NCBI RefSeq assembly: GCF_000002865.3
Contig: NW_001865081.1
Span: forward strand, 109,027-144,638
Length of the DNA stretch: 35,612 nucleotides
Direction of reading: 5' to 3'
Origin: Monosiga brevicollis MX1
Taxonomy: Eukaryota
Shown here: positions 11,401 through 23,269 of the stretch, in pieces
How positions within the stretch are numbered: position 1 is the first letter of the stretch
Layout: each line of letters opens with the position of its first letter
Position numbers and translations under genes: made by a program
The notes under the pieces: model-generated
Database searches by the model: none
What the model saw: only the letters and a program-made list of their open reading frames with translations
What the model was told of the DNA's origin: nothing

Positions 11401-14400
11401 GCCGCGGACAAGGCTTCTTGACTCGCGGAAAGAGGTGGGGCAGCAAAGGGATGGACCGCGACTACGCGCACCGTGATCATGTCCACCACGTCAATGTTTC
11501 CAAGTGTCGCAAAAGGCAGCACAAGAATGGGCTCGCCGCCCACACGAAAGTACCGTGTTACCGTGTGCGAAATTTCCATCAGATCAACATCGAATGGCTC
11601 TGCCCGCTGGATCGACATGATTGTGATGCCGTCTGCGGCCAGCGCACTAGATATATTGGTGCTACCGGACCCGCAACTTGCCACCCGAAGTGCCAAGCAC
11701 CCATCAGTGCTGTTGAGTGAGAGTGGCCATGCCAGGTCAGCTTGAAGGCGCACACCACCCAAAGCCTGAAGTCGTTCCATCACGGTGTCATCAAGAAGCA
11801 GCCATGATGGCCTTGACTTAGTTGGTTGTGTGCAACTGACAATACCCATCTCGGCGGAGTTTGGTGGCAAATAGCCCGTTGGTATGGCTATCGTGAAACG
11901 AACACGCACGTCCATCGCCTCGTTGAAGAATGGCTGCATCACGCTAACATTGGAACCCACCAACACGAGGATTTGTGGCCCATCGAGCAAGTTTGCATTG
12001 ATTTCAGGCAAAACGCTGTAATCTCTGTCGTCGGCAATCACGGCATGGCCTGTCACACGCCAGCCTGGAATTCTCATTGTAGCACTCACATTGGCTACTC
12101 TGAGATCCGGCTCCTCAAAGTTCCCGTTGACTAAAAGCTCGAATTGCCCTTCACCATCCTCCACCGTTGTCATCAAGTCCTGAGTCGTTGGCATGTCGAC
12201 CATCGTTGTGGTGGGAAAGTCAGGGCCGTCGCTAGTTGAAACCTGATATTCACCTGTTGTTGAGTAGAGCACCTCTTCACTATTTGTGGAAGCCTCTGAC
12301 GCGGGCGAGGTCCATTCCAAAGCTTCGGTGGTTGTTGAAACTGCATCAGCAGTGGTGATTTCCTCGCCACCTACAGTCGTCGATACATCGTCGGCTGTGG
12401 AAATCGCACTCTCTCCTGTGGTCAAATCATAGTCCGCATTTGTTGTCGATGCAATCGCATCGGACGTGGTCATAACATCATATTCTGACGTGGTAGCGAT
12501 GAGCGGCGTTGATGTGAGGGTCGTCGGAGGCGCTGAGGCGCTGAAGGTGGCTGATGTCGCTGAACTGGTAGGTGTCGTTGAAGTCGCCAAACTCGACAAG
12601 CTAGGCGAGGTCAACGTGCTGGTCGAGCTGGAGCTAGTCGAGCTAGTTGAACTGGTTGAGCTAGTCGAGCTAGTCGAGCTAGTCGAGCTGGTCGAGCTAG
12701 TCGAGCTGGTTGAGCTAGTCGAGCTGGTTGAGCTGGTCGAGCTGGTCGAGCTAGTCGAGCTAGTCGAGCTGGTCGAGCTAGTCGAGCTGGTCGAGCTAGT
12801 CGAGCTGGTTGAGCTGGTCGAGCTAGTTGAACTGGTTGAACTAGTCGAGCTGGTCGAGCTAGTCGAGCTAGTCGAGCTAGTCGAGCTGGTCGAGCTGGTC
12901 GAGCTGGTCGAGCTAGTCGAGCTGGTTGAGCTGGTCGAGCTAGTTGAACTGGTTGAACTAGTCGAGCTGGTCGAGCTAGTCGAACTAGTCGAGCTAGTTG
13001 AGCTAGTCGAGCTAGTCGAGCTGGTCGAGCTAGTCGAGCTGGTCGAGCTAGTCGAGCTGGTTGAGCTGGTCGAGCTAGTTGAACTGGTTGAACTAGTCGA
13101 GCTGGTCGAGCTAGTCGAGCTAGTCGAGCTGGTTGAGCTAGTCGAGCTGGTCGAGCTGGTCGAGCTAGTTGAACTGGTTGAGCTGGTCGAGCTAGTCGAG
13201 CTAGTCGAGCTGGTCGAGCTAGTTGAACTGGTTGAGCTGGTCGAGCTAGTCGAGCTGGTTGAGCTGGTCGAGCTAGTCGAGCTAGTCGAGCTAGTTGAAC
13301 TGGTTGAGCTAGTCGAGCTAGTCGAGCTAGTCGAGCTGGTCGAGCTAGTCGAGCTGGTTGAGCTAGTCGAGCTGGTTGAGCTGGTCGAGCTAGTTGAACT
13401 AGTCGAGCTAGTTGAGCTAGTCGAGCTAGTTGAACTGGTCGAGCTAGTCGAGCTAGTCGAGCTAGTTGAGCTAGTTGAGCTAGTCGAGCTAGTCGAGCTA
13501 GTCGAGCTAGTTGAAGTAGTCGAGCTAGTTGAACTAGTTGAACTAGTCGAGCTAGTTGAGCTAGTCGAACTAGTCGAGCTAGTTGAGCTAGTCGAGCTAG
13601 TCGAGCTAGTTGAACTGGTTGAGCTGGTTGAACTGGTTGAGCTGGTTGAGCTGGTCGAGCTCGAGCTAGTCGAGCTGGTCGAGCTTGTCGAGCTAGTTGA
13701 GCTAGTTGAGCTGGTCGAGCTAGTTGAGCTGGTCGAGCTGGTCGAAGTCGAAGAGCTAGTTGAGGTCGAAGAGCTTGTGGAACTCGAACTCATCAAGACC
13801 TCAGTTGTACTTTCAACCGTTGTGCCAGGTTGGCTGCTCGACCATGAATCAACATCCGTAGAAGTCACAACCGGCTCAGCCGTAGACTGAATTGTCGTCT
13901 CGATAAGTGATGTTGACACCATAGTGCCATCTGTCGTCAAATACACGTCAGGGGTCTCGGGTTGACCAGAGGTGCCGGCATTGGTAGTCGTGTGAACGGT
14001 GGGCTCCACTGTCGTTTTCAAACCGAGTGTCGTTACGAAAGCTTCGGTGGAAGTAAAACTCGTGGTCGTTGTCGACTCTGCCTGCGCGGTAGGCTCTGTC
14101 GTCAGTAAAGAGCCATCTGTGGTCACAACAGTAAGTGGAGTGGACGTAGAGGTAGAAGTAGACGTCGACGTCGACGTCGACGTGACAAGAGTTTGGGCTG
14201 TTGTCAATGGCAGCTCAGGCGTACTTGTCAGAGGAACATCAGCCGTGGTGCTCTCGAGGCTCTCGGGCGTACTTGTCAGAGGAACATCGGCCGTGGTGCT
14301 CTCGAGGCTCTCGGGCGTACTTGTCAGAGGAACATCGGCCGTGGTGCTCTCGAACTTCTCGGGCGTACTTGTCAGAGGAACATCGGCCGTGGTGCTCTCG

Positions 14401-17400
14401 AGGTGCTCGGACGTACTTGTCAAAGGGACATCGGCCGTGGTGCTCTCAAGGCTCTCGGGCGTACTTGTCAAAGGAACATCGGCGGTGGTGCTCTCGAAGT
14501 GCTCGGGCGTACTTGTCAAAGGAACATCGGCGGTGGTGCTCTCGAGGTTCTCGGGCGTACTTGTCAGAGGAACATCGGCGGTGGTGCTCTCGAGGCTCTC
14601 GGGCGTACTTGTCAGAGGAACATCGGCCGTGGTGCTCTCGAGGTTCTCGGGCGTACTTGTCAGAGGAACATCGGCCGTGGTGCTCTCGAGGCTCTCGGGC
14701 GTACTTGTCAAAGGGACATCGGCCGTGGTGCTCTCGAGGCTCTCGGGCGTACTTGTCAAAGGGACATCGGCCGTGGTGCTCTCGAAGTGCTCGGGCGTAC
14801 TTGTCAAAGGAACATCGGCGGTGGTGCTCTCGAGGCTCTCGAGCGTACTTGTCAAAGGGACATCGGCCGTGGTGCTCTCGAGGCTTTCGGGCGTACTTGT
14901 CAAAGGGACATCGGCCGTGGTCATATCAGCACGTATGGTGGGCGAAGAGGTTGTTTTCACATCTTTCACCGTTGTGTCGGCCGCCGTTGTGTCGGCCACT
15001 GTCGTGGCGGCCACCGTCGTGTCGGCCACCGTCGTGTCGGCCACCGTCGTTGAAAATGAGTGAGCTGTAGAGCTGATCTTGAGTGTAGCGGACATCGTGC
15101 TGCTTGGCAGTGACATTGTGATTGAAGCACTGGTTGATGTAGCTGGAGTTGTTGTAAAGGTGCTTGTCGAAGTCGTAGTAGTCGAGGAACGCGTCGAAGT
15201 CGTGGAGGTCGAGGTATCTGTCGAAGTCGTAGTAGTCGAGGTACGTATCGATGTGGTAGTAGCCGAGGAACTTGTCGATGTCGTGGAGGTACTCGTCGTT
15301 GTAGTCGAGGTACTCTTCGAAGTCGTTGTAGTCGAGGTACGTATCGATGTGGTAGTAGCCGAAGAACTTGTCGATGTCGTGGAGGTACTCGTCGTTGTAG
15401 TCGAGGTACTCGTCGAAGTCGTGGAGGTACTCGTCAAAGTCGTGGAGATACTCGTCGAAGTCGTAGTAGTTGAGGTACTTGTCGAAGTCGTAGTAGTCGA
15501 GGTACGTATCGATGTGGTAGTAGCCGAGGAACTTGTCGATGTCGTGGAGGTACTCGTCGTTGTAGTCGAGGTACTCGTCGAAGTCGTGGAGATACTCGTC
15601 GAAGTCGTAGTAGTTGAGGTACTTGTCGAAGTCGTTGTAGTCAAGGTACTTGTCGATATGGTAGTAGTCGAGGTACTTGTCGAAGTCGTAGTAGTCGAGG
15701 TACGTGTCGAAGTCGTAGTAGTCGAGGTACTTGACGTTGTGGTGGAGGTTGAAGGAGAAGCAGTTGTGGAATTGAGCTGAATGCTAGTTTCAGTTGTCGT
15801 ATGCAAAAGTTTGCTCGATGTCGTCTCGGCTGTGCTCAGTTCAGCAGTCGTTTCCGCTCCGATGGTACTCTCAGCGGTGCTTGAACCAGGCGTCGTCTCC
15901 ACCTCGGCCGTGCTCGGTTCAGCGGTCGTCACCCCATCGACAGTAGTAGCACCAGGCGTCGTCTCCACCTCCGCAGTAGTAGCACCAGGTGTTGTCTCGC
16001 TCTCGACAGTGCTTGATTCAGCAGTCGTCTCTACCTCGGCCGTGCTCGGCTCAGCAGTCGTATCCCCATTGACAGTAGTAGCACCAGGTGTCGTCTCTCT
16101 CTCGACAGTGCTTGATTCAGATGTCGTCGCCACCTCCGCAGTCGTTGCACCAGGTGTCGTCTCCACCTCGGCCGTGCTCGGCTCAGCAGTCGTATCCCCA
16201 TTGACAGTAGTAGCACCAGGTGTCGTCTCTCTCTCGACAGTGCTTGATTCAGATGTCGTCGCCACCTCCGCAGTAGTAGCACCAGGTGTTGTCTCGCTCT
16301 CGACAGTGCTTGATTCAGCAGTCGTCTCCACCTCGGCCGTGCTCGGCTCAGCAGTCGTATCCCCATTGACAGTAGTAGCACCAGGTGTCGTCCTCATACT
16401 CTCGACAGTGCTTGAGTTTCACCAGGTGTCGTCTCCACCTCCGCGGTCGTTGCACCAGGTGTCGTCTCCACCTCGGCCGTGCTCGGCTCAGCAGTCGTAT
16501 CCCCATTGACAGTAGTAGCACCAGGTGTCGTCTCTCTCTCGACAGTGCTTGATTCAGATGTCGTCGCCACCTCCGCAGTCGTTGCACCAGGTGTCGTCTC
16601 GCTCTCGACAGTGCTTGATTCAGCAGTCGTCTCCACCTCGGCCGTGCTCGGCTCAGCAGTCGTTTCTACCTCGGCCGTGCTCGGCTCAGCGGTCGTCACC
16701 CCATCGACAGTACTTGATTCAGCAGTTGTCTCCACCTCCGCAGTCGTTGCACCAGGTGTCGTCTCACCCTCGACAGTGCTCGGCTCAGCGGTCGTTCCTA
16801 CGTCGGCCGTGCTCGGCTCAGCGGTCGTTCCTACGTCGGCCGTGCTCGGCTCAGCGGTCGTCACCACATCGACAGTACTTGATTCGGGTGTTGTCTCGCT
16901 CTCGACAGTGCTTGATTCAGCAGTCGTTTCCACCTCGACTGTGCTCGGCCCAGCGGTCGTTTCCATCTCGACCGTACTTGATTCAGCGGCCGTCTCGCTC
17001 TCGCTGATACTTGAGTCAGCGGTCGTCTTCACTTCGGCGGTACTCTCGACGGTACTTGAACTATGTGTCGTCTCGCTCTCGCCGGTGTTTGCGTCAATGG
17101 CTGTTTCCACCACGGTGGTGCTCAATTCGACGGTCGTCTCCACCTGCGCGGTAGTTGCACCAGGTGTCGTCTCCACCTCGGCCGTGCTTGAGTCAATTGT
17201 CGTCTTCACTTCGGCGGTGCTTGAACCAGGAGGTGTCGTCCCTATCTCGGCGGTGCTTGAGTCAACTGTTGTTTCCATCTCGGCGGTGCTTGAGTCAACT
17301 GTTGTTTCCATCTCGGCGGTGCTCGGGTCAGCAGTCGTTGCCAGCCCGTCAGTCGCTGAATTGGCAGTCATCTGTATTCCGGCGAGGCTGGGCTGTACGG

Positions 17401-17764
17401 ACGGAGCTGCCGTCGATGCCGCAAGCGCACGAGGTGCTCGGTGAAAAGCATCCTCGTTCGCACCCTGAGCGGCAGCAAGCCCAAAGGCCGAGAGTACCAG
17501 AAAAAGGATTGCGGTCGTGGCAAAGGACGCCCACTTGCTGTGCTTGCCTGAGACGTGGCTCAGCCCTGCTCTTCTATCCAGAGGTACGCGCTCTAGCAAA
17601 AGAAGAAAAAAAATCAACAAGGAAAAGAGTGGAGGCAATCATGAGAGGAGGAGGGAAAGTGGTTGCTTGATGCCAAGACGAGTGGCACAAGAAGCATGAC
17701 AGCGTGAACATGCGTTTTAAAACCTACCAGCCATTGTGAACATGGATGGGAATGACACGGGCAT
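8461..17764 (-). CDS. Giant secreted mucin-like adhesion/matrix protein: signal peptide, long Ser/Thr/Glu repeat stalk, NGNFE module, calsyntenin-C/cadherin-like domain, TNFR-like Cys repeats, TSP1, about 5-6 EGF domains and two LamG-like domains
   Basis: Exon 1 is 17764-17728 (alternative in-frame ATGs at 17743 and 17734; donor G|gtagg). Exon 2 is 17592-9686, with a frameshift near 16400. Later exons are 9503-9024, 8918-8822 and 8728-8461 (ends IIPREN*). Motifs: hydrophobic ATTAILFLVLSAFGLAAA; TSP1 DCEYGSWSEWGGCAGTC...RQRRR; Ca-EGF DVNECE; LamG VNDGYYHDFEV...VDVDG...IALGAQ...FFTGRIS. Confidence 0.82.
12620..13790 (-). repeat. 9-bp tandem repeat (gagctagtc)n encoding (TSS)n
   Basis: More than 1.1 kb of a 9-nt unit with wobble variants; the + strand reads (VEL)n. 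Confidence 0.95.
14215..14925 (-). repeat. 48-bp minisatellite, 15 copies, encoding TTADVPLTSTPESLES
   Basis: gtacttgtca recurs every 48 nt from 14221 to 14893. Confidence 0.95.
15165..15750 (-). repeat. Degenerate Thr/Ser repeats (STSTTTT units with larger duplications)
   Basis: Recurrent gtcgaagtcgtagtagtcgaggtac blocks; SSSATTTSIRTSTTTT occurs three times. Confidence 0.85.
15820..17340 (-). repeat. Roughly 36-bp (12-aa) acidic mucin repeats with higher-order duplication (TTAEPSTAEVE / TTPGATTAEVE / TTAESSTVESE)
   Basis: Seen in both the 16394-17638 and 9660-16397 ORFs. Confidence 0.9.
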
Positions 17765-18391
17765 GGTCCTGGCTCGGTTATTGGCCGGGCTAACCAAATG
17801 GCGTGCTCGGGCGCGAGCGCCCAAGCAGTCGAGCCAAAAAAAAAATTGGTAAAGGAGCAGGCGCAAGGACGAAAGGGTAGCAATTGGAGACAGGCAACAG
17901 GGGCGTTATGTTCCAGTGCCAGAGGCATGGGCTGGTGGGTGCCTGATCATGAGTCGCCGATGGACGCCAGCGAAGAGCAGAGGTGCCAGAGAGGCGTAAA
18001 ATGCCGAGGCCGTATTCGAGAGCCGGTGCTGTTTGAGCACCGCCCTCTAAACTTCACCTCGAGGAAGAAGCGTCAAGAAGCAAACGAGAACCACCAAGCA
18101 CAGCTGAAACCTCACCACAAAAAGGCGAAGCGAGCCCTGATCCACCCGCGGCCGTCGCACGTCCCAGCACAACAGCACCGACAGCCGTCGCCTTCGCTCC
18201 GTCGAGGGCGGATGGGTATGTGTGCGTGTGATCGGAAATTCAGATGTTGTTGTTCGAATGTAAAAAAACACTCAAAAAAAATCAAAATTCGAGGCAAAGG
18301 CAGAAGATCGACGTCATGTGCGTCAAGTGGGTCAATTGCTAAGATTTTCATGCATGCATGCATCTATAGCGAAAACAATGGCCTCCCTCTC

Positions 18392-18901
18392 NNNNNNNNN
18401 NNNNNNNNNNNNNNNNNNNNNNNNNNNNNNNNNNNNNNNNNNNNNNNNNNNNNNNNNNNNNNNNNNNNNNNNNNNNNNNNNNNNNNNNNNNNNNNNNNNN
18501 NNNNNNNNNNNNNNNNNNNNNNNNNNNNNNNNNNNNNNNNNNNNNNNNNNNNNNNNNNNNNNNNNNNNNNNNNNNNNNNNNNNNNNNNNNNNNNNNNNNN
18601 NNNNNNNNNNNNNNNNNNNNNNNNNNNNNNNNNNNNNNNNNNNNNNNNNNNNNNNNNNNNNNNNNNNNNNNNNNNNNNNNNNNNNNNNNNNNNNNNNNNN
18701 NNNNNNNNNNNNNNNNNNNNNNNNNNNNNNNNNNNNNNNNNNNNNNNNNNNNNNNNNNNNNNNNNNNNNNNNNNNNNNNNNNNNNNNNNNNNNNNNNNNN
18801 NNNNNNNNNNNNNNNNNNNNNNNNNNNNNNNNNNNNNNNNNNNNNNNNNNNNNNNNNNNNNNNNNNNNNNNNNNNNNNNNNNNNNNNNNNNNNNNNNNNN
18901 N
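18392..18901. other. Assembly gap
   Basis: N run. Confidence 1.
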
Positions 18902-19473
18902 AGACTGAACATGAGCAGAATAGAATCAAATGCTTCCAAAAGTCAAAAGGGGTGAGATTGAGCATATCCAAATCTCGCAGCAGAAAAAAAAAAAATTAAC
19001 ATGGGAAGTATCCCAAACCCGCAGGAGAGAGAGGGGCAACTGAAGTTGCTTGGTCAACCAAAAGCAAGAAGATAAAGGGGGATAAAGGCCATCACCCTGG
19101 CCTCGCGCACACGGGCAGAGGATATCAGAGGTGGGGCGAAGAAAACCTAAGCAGTAAAAGAATGAACGGACAAAAAAACTAAAAAAAAAACTAAAAACCC
19201 CAACATACATGGAGAAGGAGAAAAAACACACGCAAACACAATGTTCCAGGTCGCCTCAAGCCGTGAAAGCAAGACCTGCGCACTGCTTGGTCACAACTAT
19301 CATATGGAGTAGATAGCTTTCCAAAACTGGTGGTCATGCCACAAGCGGCTTTCAAAATGGAGGGATAGTGTCATAACCATAAAGAACCAAAAACATGGGG
19401 AAAAAAGAAAGAGGAGAGGAAGCAGAAAAAAAAAAAAAAAATGATGCCAGCTACTGCCGAGTGCTGAGGCGGT

Positions 19474-22400
19474 TTAGGCATCATCATCATCGCTGAAAGC
19501 CGACTTGAACTTGGAAATCGTCACAACCGCGCCGCTGTTGGCTGTAACACGCAAGCATCAAAGGGAGACAGTGAATGAGGCAAAGGGAAAGAACAGATAG
19601 ATAGAGGGATGATTCACACGTCTCATCGAGTTGGTCCAAGAAGGGAAAGGGGGACAGAGAAAGAGACGCCAGCAACTCACTAGCAAACGTGTCGGCCAGA
19701 GAGTTGCCAATGGCCGTGATATCGCCGTCTTCCTCCGAGTCTGGCACCATCAAGATACCATAGCCAAAAAGCTGATTGATGCCCGCGGATTCTAACCAAA
19801 TGCATTTTTGGGACGCGTAAAATGAAGCCGTGAGACAAACACACTGCACGAGGCCCCCAATTCTCACAACCCAGCGGTCGAGCGAGTGCGTTAAGTGAGT
19901 TCAAGCGAGTCCTGACCGGCTGTAAACGTGCGCTTCAACGTCCACGCGTTGTTGGCAAACTCGTAGCGATACACCACACCGGCGCCGTTGTCTGGTGTTG
20001 CAATAACGTTATCATGCGCTTGTGAGACTAGATCATAAAGGCTGGGTGTTTCGATACGATGCATTGTGATGGCTCGCGGCTACGTTGTCGAACGTACTGG
20101 GCGCTGACACAAGAAGGGCGTTGCCATTCGGCGAAAGGCCAACACCCCAGCCAAAGTTGGTGTTAGTCGTGGTGTATGGAGGTTCAATCTATAGCCGACA
20201 CCAAGATACAGGTCGACAGGGTCATGAGAAACACAAAACGTGCAATCCAAAACGAAACGAACCAAGTATTCAAGCGCAAAGTCATGTGAATCGTGTAAAA
20301 GAAAACATTAAGAAAAAATGCCCGTAAGGGCGTACGTACCACTTTGACATTGTCCGCGTAAGACAGGGAGGAGGCGCTGCTTCGGCTGAAAATGTAAACG
20401 CGACCCAAGTTGTTGTGAAGGTACGCCCCAACTGCAAGACGCAGACCACCCATGGACATGGTCTGGCCAAAGTACGTGCTATCAAGAACCAGCGAGTCGG
20501 GTGGTGGCCAAGGATGATAAGTGACCAAATCGATCAGACAAACTTATTACGTTGCATAAAGCGACATTCTCTTGAGCAAACGTACCTGCTGGTGTCATCA
20601 GAGCCATACGTGCGACCCAAGAGCGTCGTCCGATAGACAACCGAATAGGCCGAGGTGCCTGTTGAATAAATGATCACCGCTCCCGTGTACGAATTCTGTA
20701 GATCGGTGCGAGGAGATTAGAGGTGGCGTGAGAGCAGAGGCAACACAAAAAAAAATACTGGCGCATGAACTGGCCATTTTGGAGGCATGGCATTGGCATG
20801 GCATTCTTTACCGAATGTGAAAAACACTTACATAGCGAGCCGAGGAAACAGCCGTANNNNNNNNNNNNNNNNNNNNNNNNNNNNNNNNNNNNNNNNNNNN
20901 NNNNNNNNNNNNNNNNNNNNNNNNNNNNNNNNNNNNNNNNNNNNNNNNNNNNNNNNNNNNNNNNNNNNNNNNNNNNNNNNNNNNNNNNNNNNNNNNNNNN
21001 NNNNNNNNNNNNNNNNNNNNNNNNNNNNNNNNNNNNNNNNNNNNNNNNNNNNNNNNNNNNNNNNNNNNNNNNNNNNNNNNNNNNNNNNNNNNNNNNNNNN
21101 NNNNNNNNNNNNNNNNNNNNNNNNNNNNNNNNNNNNNNNNNNNNNNNNNNNNNNNNNNNNNNNNNNNNNNNNNNNNNNNNNNNNNNNNNNNNNNNNNNNN
21201 NNNNNNNNNNNNNNNNNNNNNNNNNNNNNNNNNNNNNNNNNNNNNNNNNNNNNNNNNNNNNNNNNNNNNNNNNNNNNNNNNNNNNNNNNNNNNNNNNNNN
21301 NNNNNNNNNNNNNNNNNNNNNNNNNNNNNNNNNNNNNNNNNNNNNNNNNNNNNNNNNNNNNNNNNNNNNNNNNNNNNNNNNNNNNNNNNNNNNNNNNNNN
21401 NNNNNNNNNNNNNNNNNNNNNNNNNNNNNNNNNNNNNNNNNNNNNNNNNNNNNNNNNNNNNNNNNNNNNNNNNNNNNNNNNNNNNNNNNNNNNNNNNNNN
21501 NNNNNNNNNNNNNNNNNNNNNNNNNNNNNNNNNNNNNNNNNNNNNNNNNNNNNNNNNNNNNNNNNNNNNNNNNNNNNNNNNNNNNNNNNNNNNNNNNNNN
21601 NNNNNNNNNNNNNNNNNNNNNNNNNNNNNNNNNNNNNNNNNNNNNNNNNNNNNNNNNNNNNNNNNNNNNNNNNNNNNNNNNNNNNNNNNNNNNNNNNNNN
21701 NNNTGGTTGAGCTCGAAGTGGACGAGGAGGAAGAGGTTCGGGTGGAGGAGGAGGTTGAGGTGATGGAGGAGGTGGAGGTCGATGAGCTGGTTGAAGTGGA
21801 GGAGCTGGTCGAAGTGGAAGTAGAAGAGGAGGTCGAGGTCGAGCTGGAGGTGGAAGTGGAAGTGCTGGTCGAAGTAGAAGAGGAGGTCGAGGTCGAAGAG
21901 CTGGTTGAGGTGGAAGTCGAGGTCGAGGTCGAGGTTGATGTTGAAGTCGACGTACTGCTCACCGAAGTGGAGGTGGAGGTGCTGCTTGAGGACATTTCCA
22001 GTGGTCGCTTGCAGACTGCAACGACCGGTGCACACAAAGGGCCACGCAACCGTCAGGCAATCACGCTGCGAGTGGCAGACAGGTACGTTGCTTGGGGTGG
22101 GGGTGGGGTAGTGAGCCCATGCTTACCGTAAGTACGCGTGCGATCACAGCGGTAGTTGTCCAGGCCACCTCGGCCCTGATCCAGAATGAGACAACCATCA
22201 TGGCCTATGGCACCAAATAAAAAAAAAACGCGTGAGTCGGACAATCGTGTAAACGAGTAAAGAGCCTTAGGCACAAGGCAGAGGGCAGGGCCTTTAACGT
22301 ACGGCCGTTGCTAGGCTCGTCGGTCAACCACAGGGTTGGCGTGGTGTCAACAAAGAGGGACCCGTCGATCCAATTGGTGATGGCTCCGTTAGTGAGCTCT

Positions 22401-22946
22401 CCACCAACCCAAACCTAAGGTAACGGTGAGCAAACGCGTTTTGAGACCATGGAGTGACATGCGTGGGGTCAAGTCGCAGCTTGGTGGGAGAGGTGAAGAG
22501 CGGCCATGCAGGAGACAAGATTGGCGTTCGGAAGGCTCTGGCTTGGGCTGCTTATTTATCGACTGACCTGGTTGATCGAGTTGGGCACGAGGTCTAGGAT
22601 GACGTTGTACTCGTCGCGGGTGATGATGCTGGCCAGATCGCCGCCTTCGGCTTTGCAGGCGGCCTTGGCATCGGCAAAGTACGCCTTGTACGTGTCGCCA
22701 AAGTAGCGGTACTCGGATGTTTGATAAAACGTCCAGCCTGTGTGACAGGAATGGCGGCATGAGTGTTTGATGTGCGGGGGAGCGCAGGTGAGGCTGCGAG
22801 ATGGCTTGAAGGTCTTGAAGATGACTTGGAGACGAACCGTCATAACCGGTGACGAGGGGCGCGGCTTGTGTGGTTGAGGCATGGAAGACGATGCACAGGC
22901 AGACCAGGGCACCGATGGCCCGCGGCAGCACACTCGGGTGTGCCAT
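19474..22946 (-). CDS. Secreted C-type lectin domain, Ser/Thr stalk and FG-GAP (integrin-alpha-type) beta-propeller protein
   Basis: Exons: 22946-22847 (signal peptide MAHPSVLPRAIGALVCLCIVFHASTTQA), 22737-22568, 22414-22303, 22204-22127, 22015-gap, gap-20832, 20695-20586, 20478-20340, 20188-20098, 19991 (or 20027)-19917, 19791-19681, 19541-19474. Lectin domain: AKAACKAEGGDLASI...VWVGG...WIDGS...EPSNG..DGC...DNYRC....VCKR. FG-GAP: YFGQTM...LAVGAY...GRVYIF and NFGWGV...LLVSAP...GVVYRY. Joining across the gap is inferred. Confidence 0.8.
20857..21703. other. Assembly gap inside gene 3
   Basis: N run bordering the Ser/Thr repeat. Confidence 1.
21704..21992 (-). repeat. Ser/Thr low-complexity stalk of the lectin gene
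   Basis: Encodes SSSTSTSTS... Confidence 0.9.
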
Positions 22947-23269
22947 CCTGACGCGGCGATGAAAAGGTCGCTGCTAGAAGACTCTATGACAGGATATAAT
23001 TTGGCAGGCGCATAAGCTCACTCGGTCTCAAGGATCCAACGGATTTGACCAGGGCACCAACCGAGTGATCAAGGAAAAGAGGGCAGCGAGTGGAGGAGAG
23101 GGGCAAGGGGGTGTAGCGGAAGGCGAGCCGCGTCAAGTATGGCAGAGTTGGAAGGGTCCAAGGCCCGACACCTGGGGGAAAAATAAAAGCAAGGAGAACT
23201 GGTCGCCTTGGGCCACCTGCTGCGCTCGGGGGGGGGGAGGGAGAAGCGCGAGGGCGTCGAGAAAATGAG

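Noticed and set aside
12466..13890. 474-aa (VEL)n ORF and other long Val-rich + strand ORFs (13999-17444)
   Set aside because: Antisense shadows of the Ser/Thr repeats; the - strand frame is continuous with the signal peptide and the EGF/TSP1 domains.
14193..15070. All three + frames open, with a regular repeat that superficially resembles a CRISPR array
   Set aside because: A 48-bp coding minisatellite lacking stops, with no unique spacers and no cas genes, in a eukaryotic context.
17593..17638. Hydrophobic start MPPLFSLLIFFLLLL of the 414-aa ORF as a signal peptide
   Set aside because: Non-ATG start within the polypyrimidine tract of intron 17727-17593; the more plausible signal sequence lies downstream.
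17798..18971. ORFs spanning N runs (also 20674-22049 and 33821-34576)
   Set aside because: Their length is an artefact of the assembly gaps.
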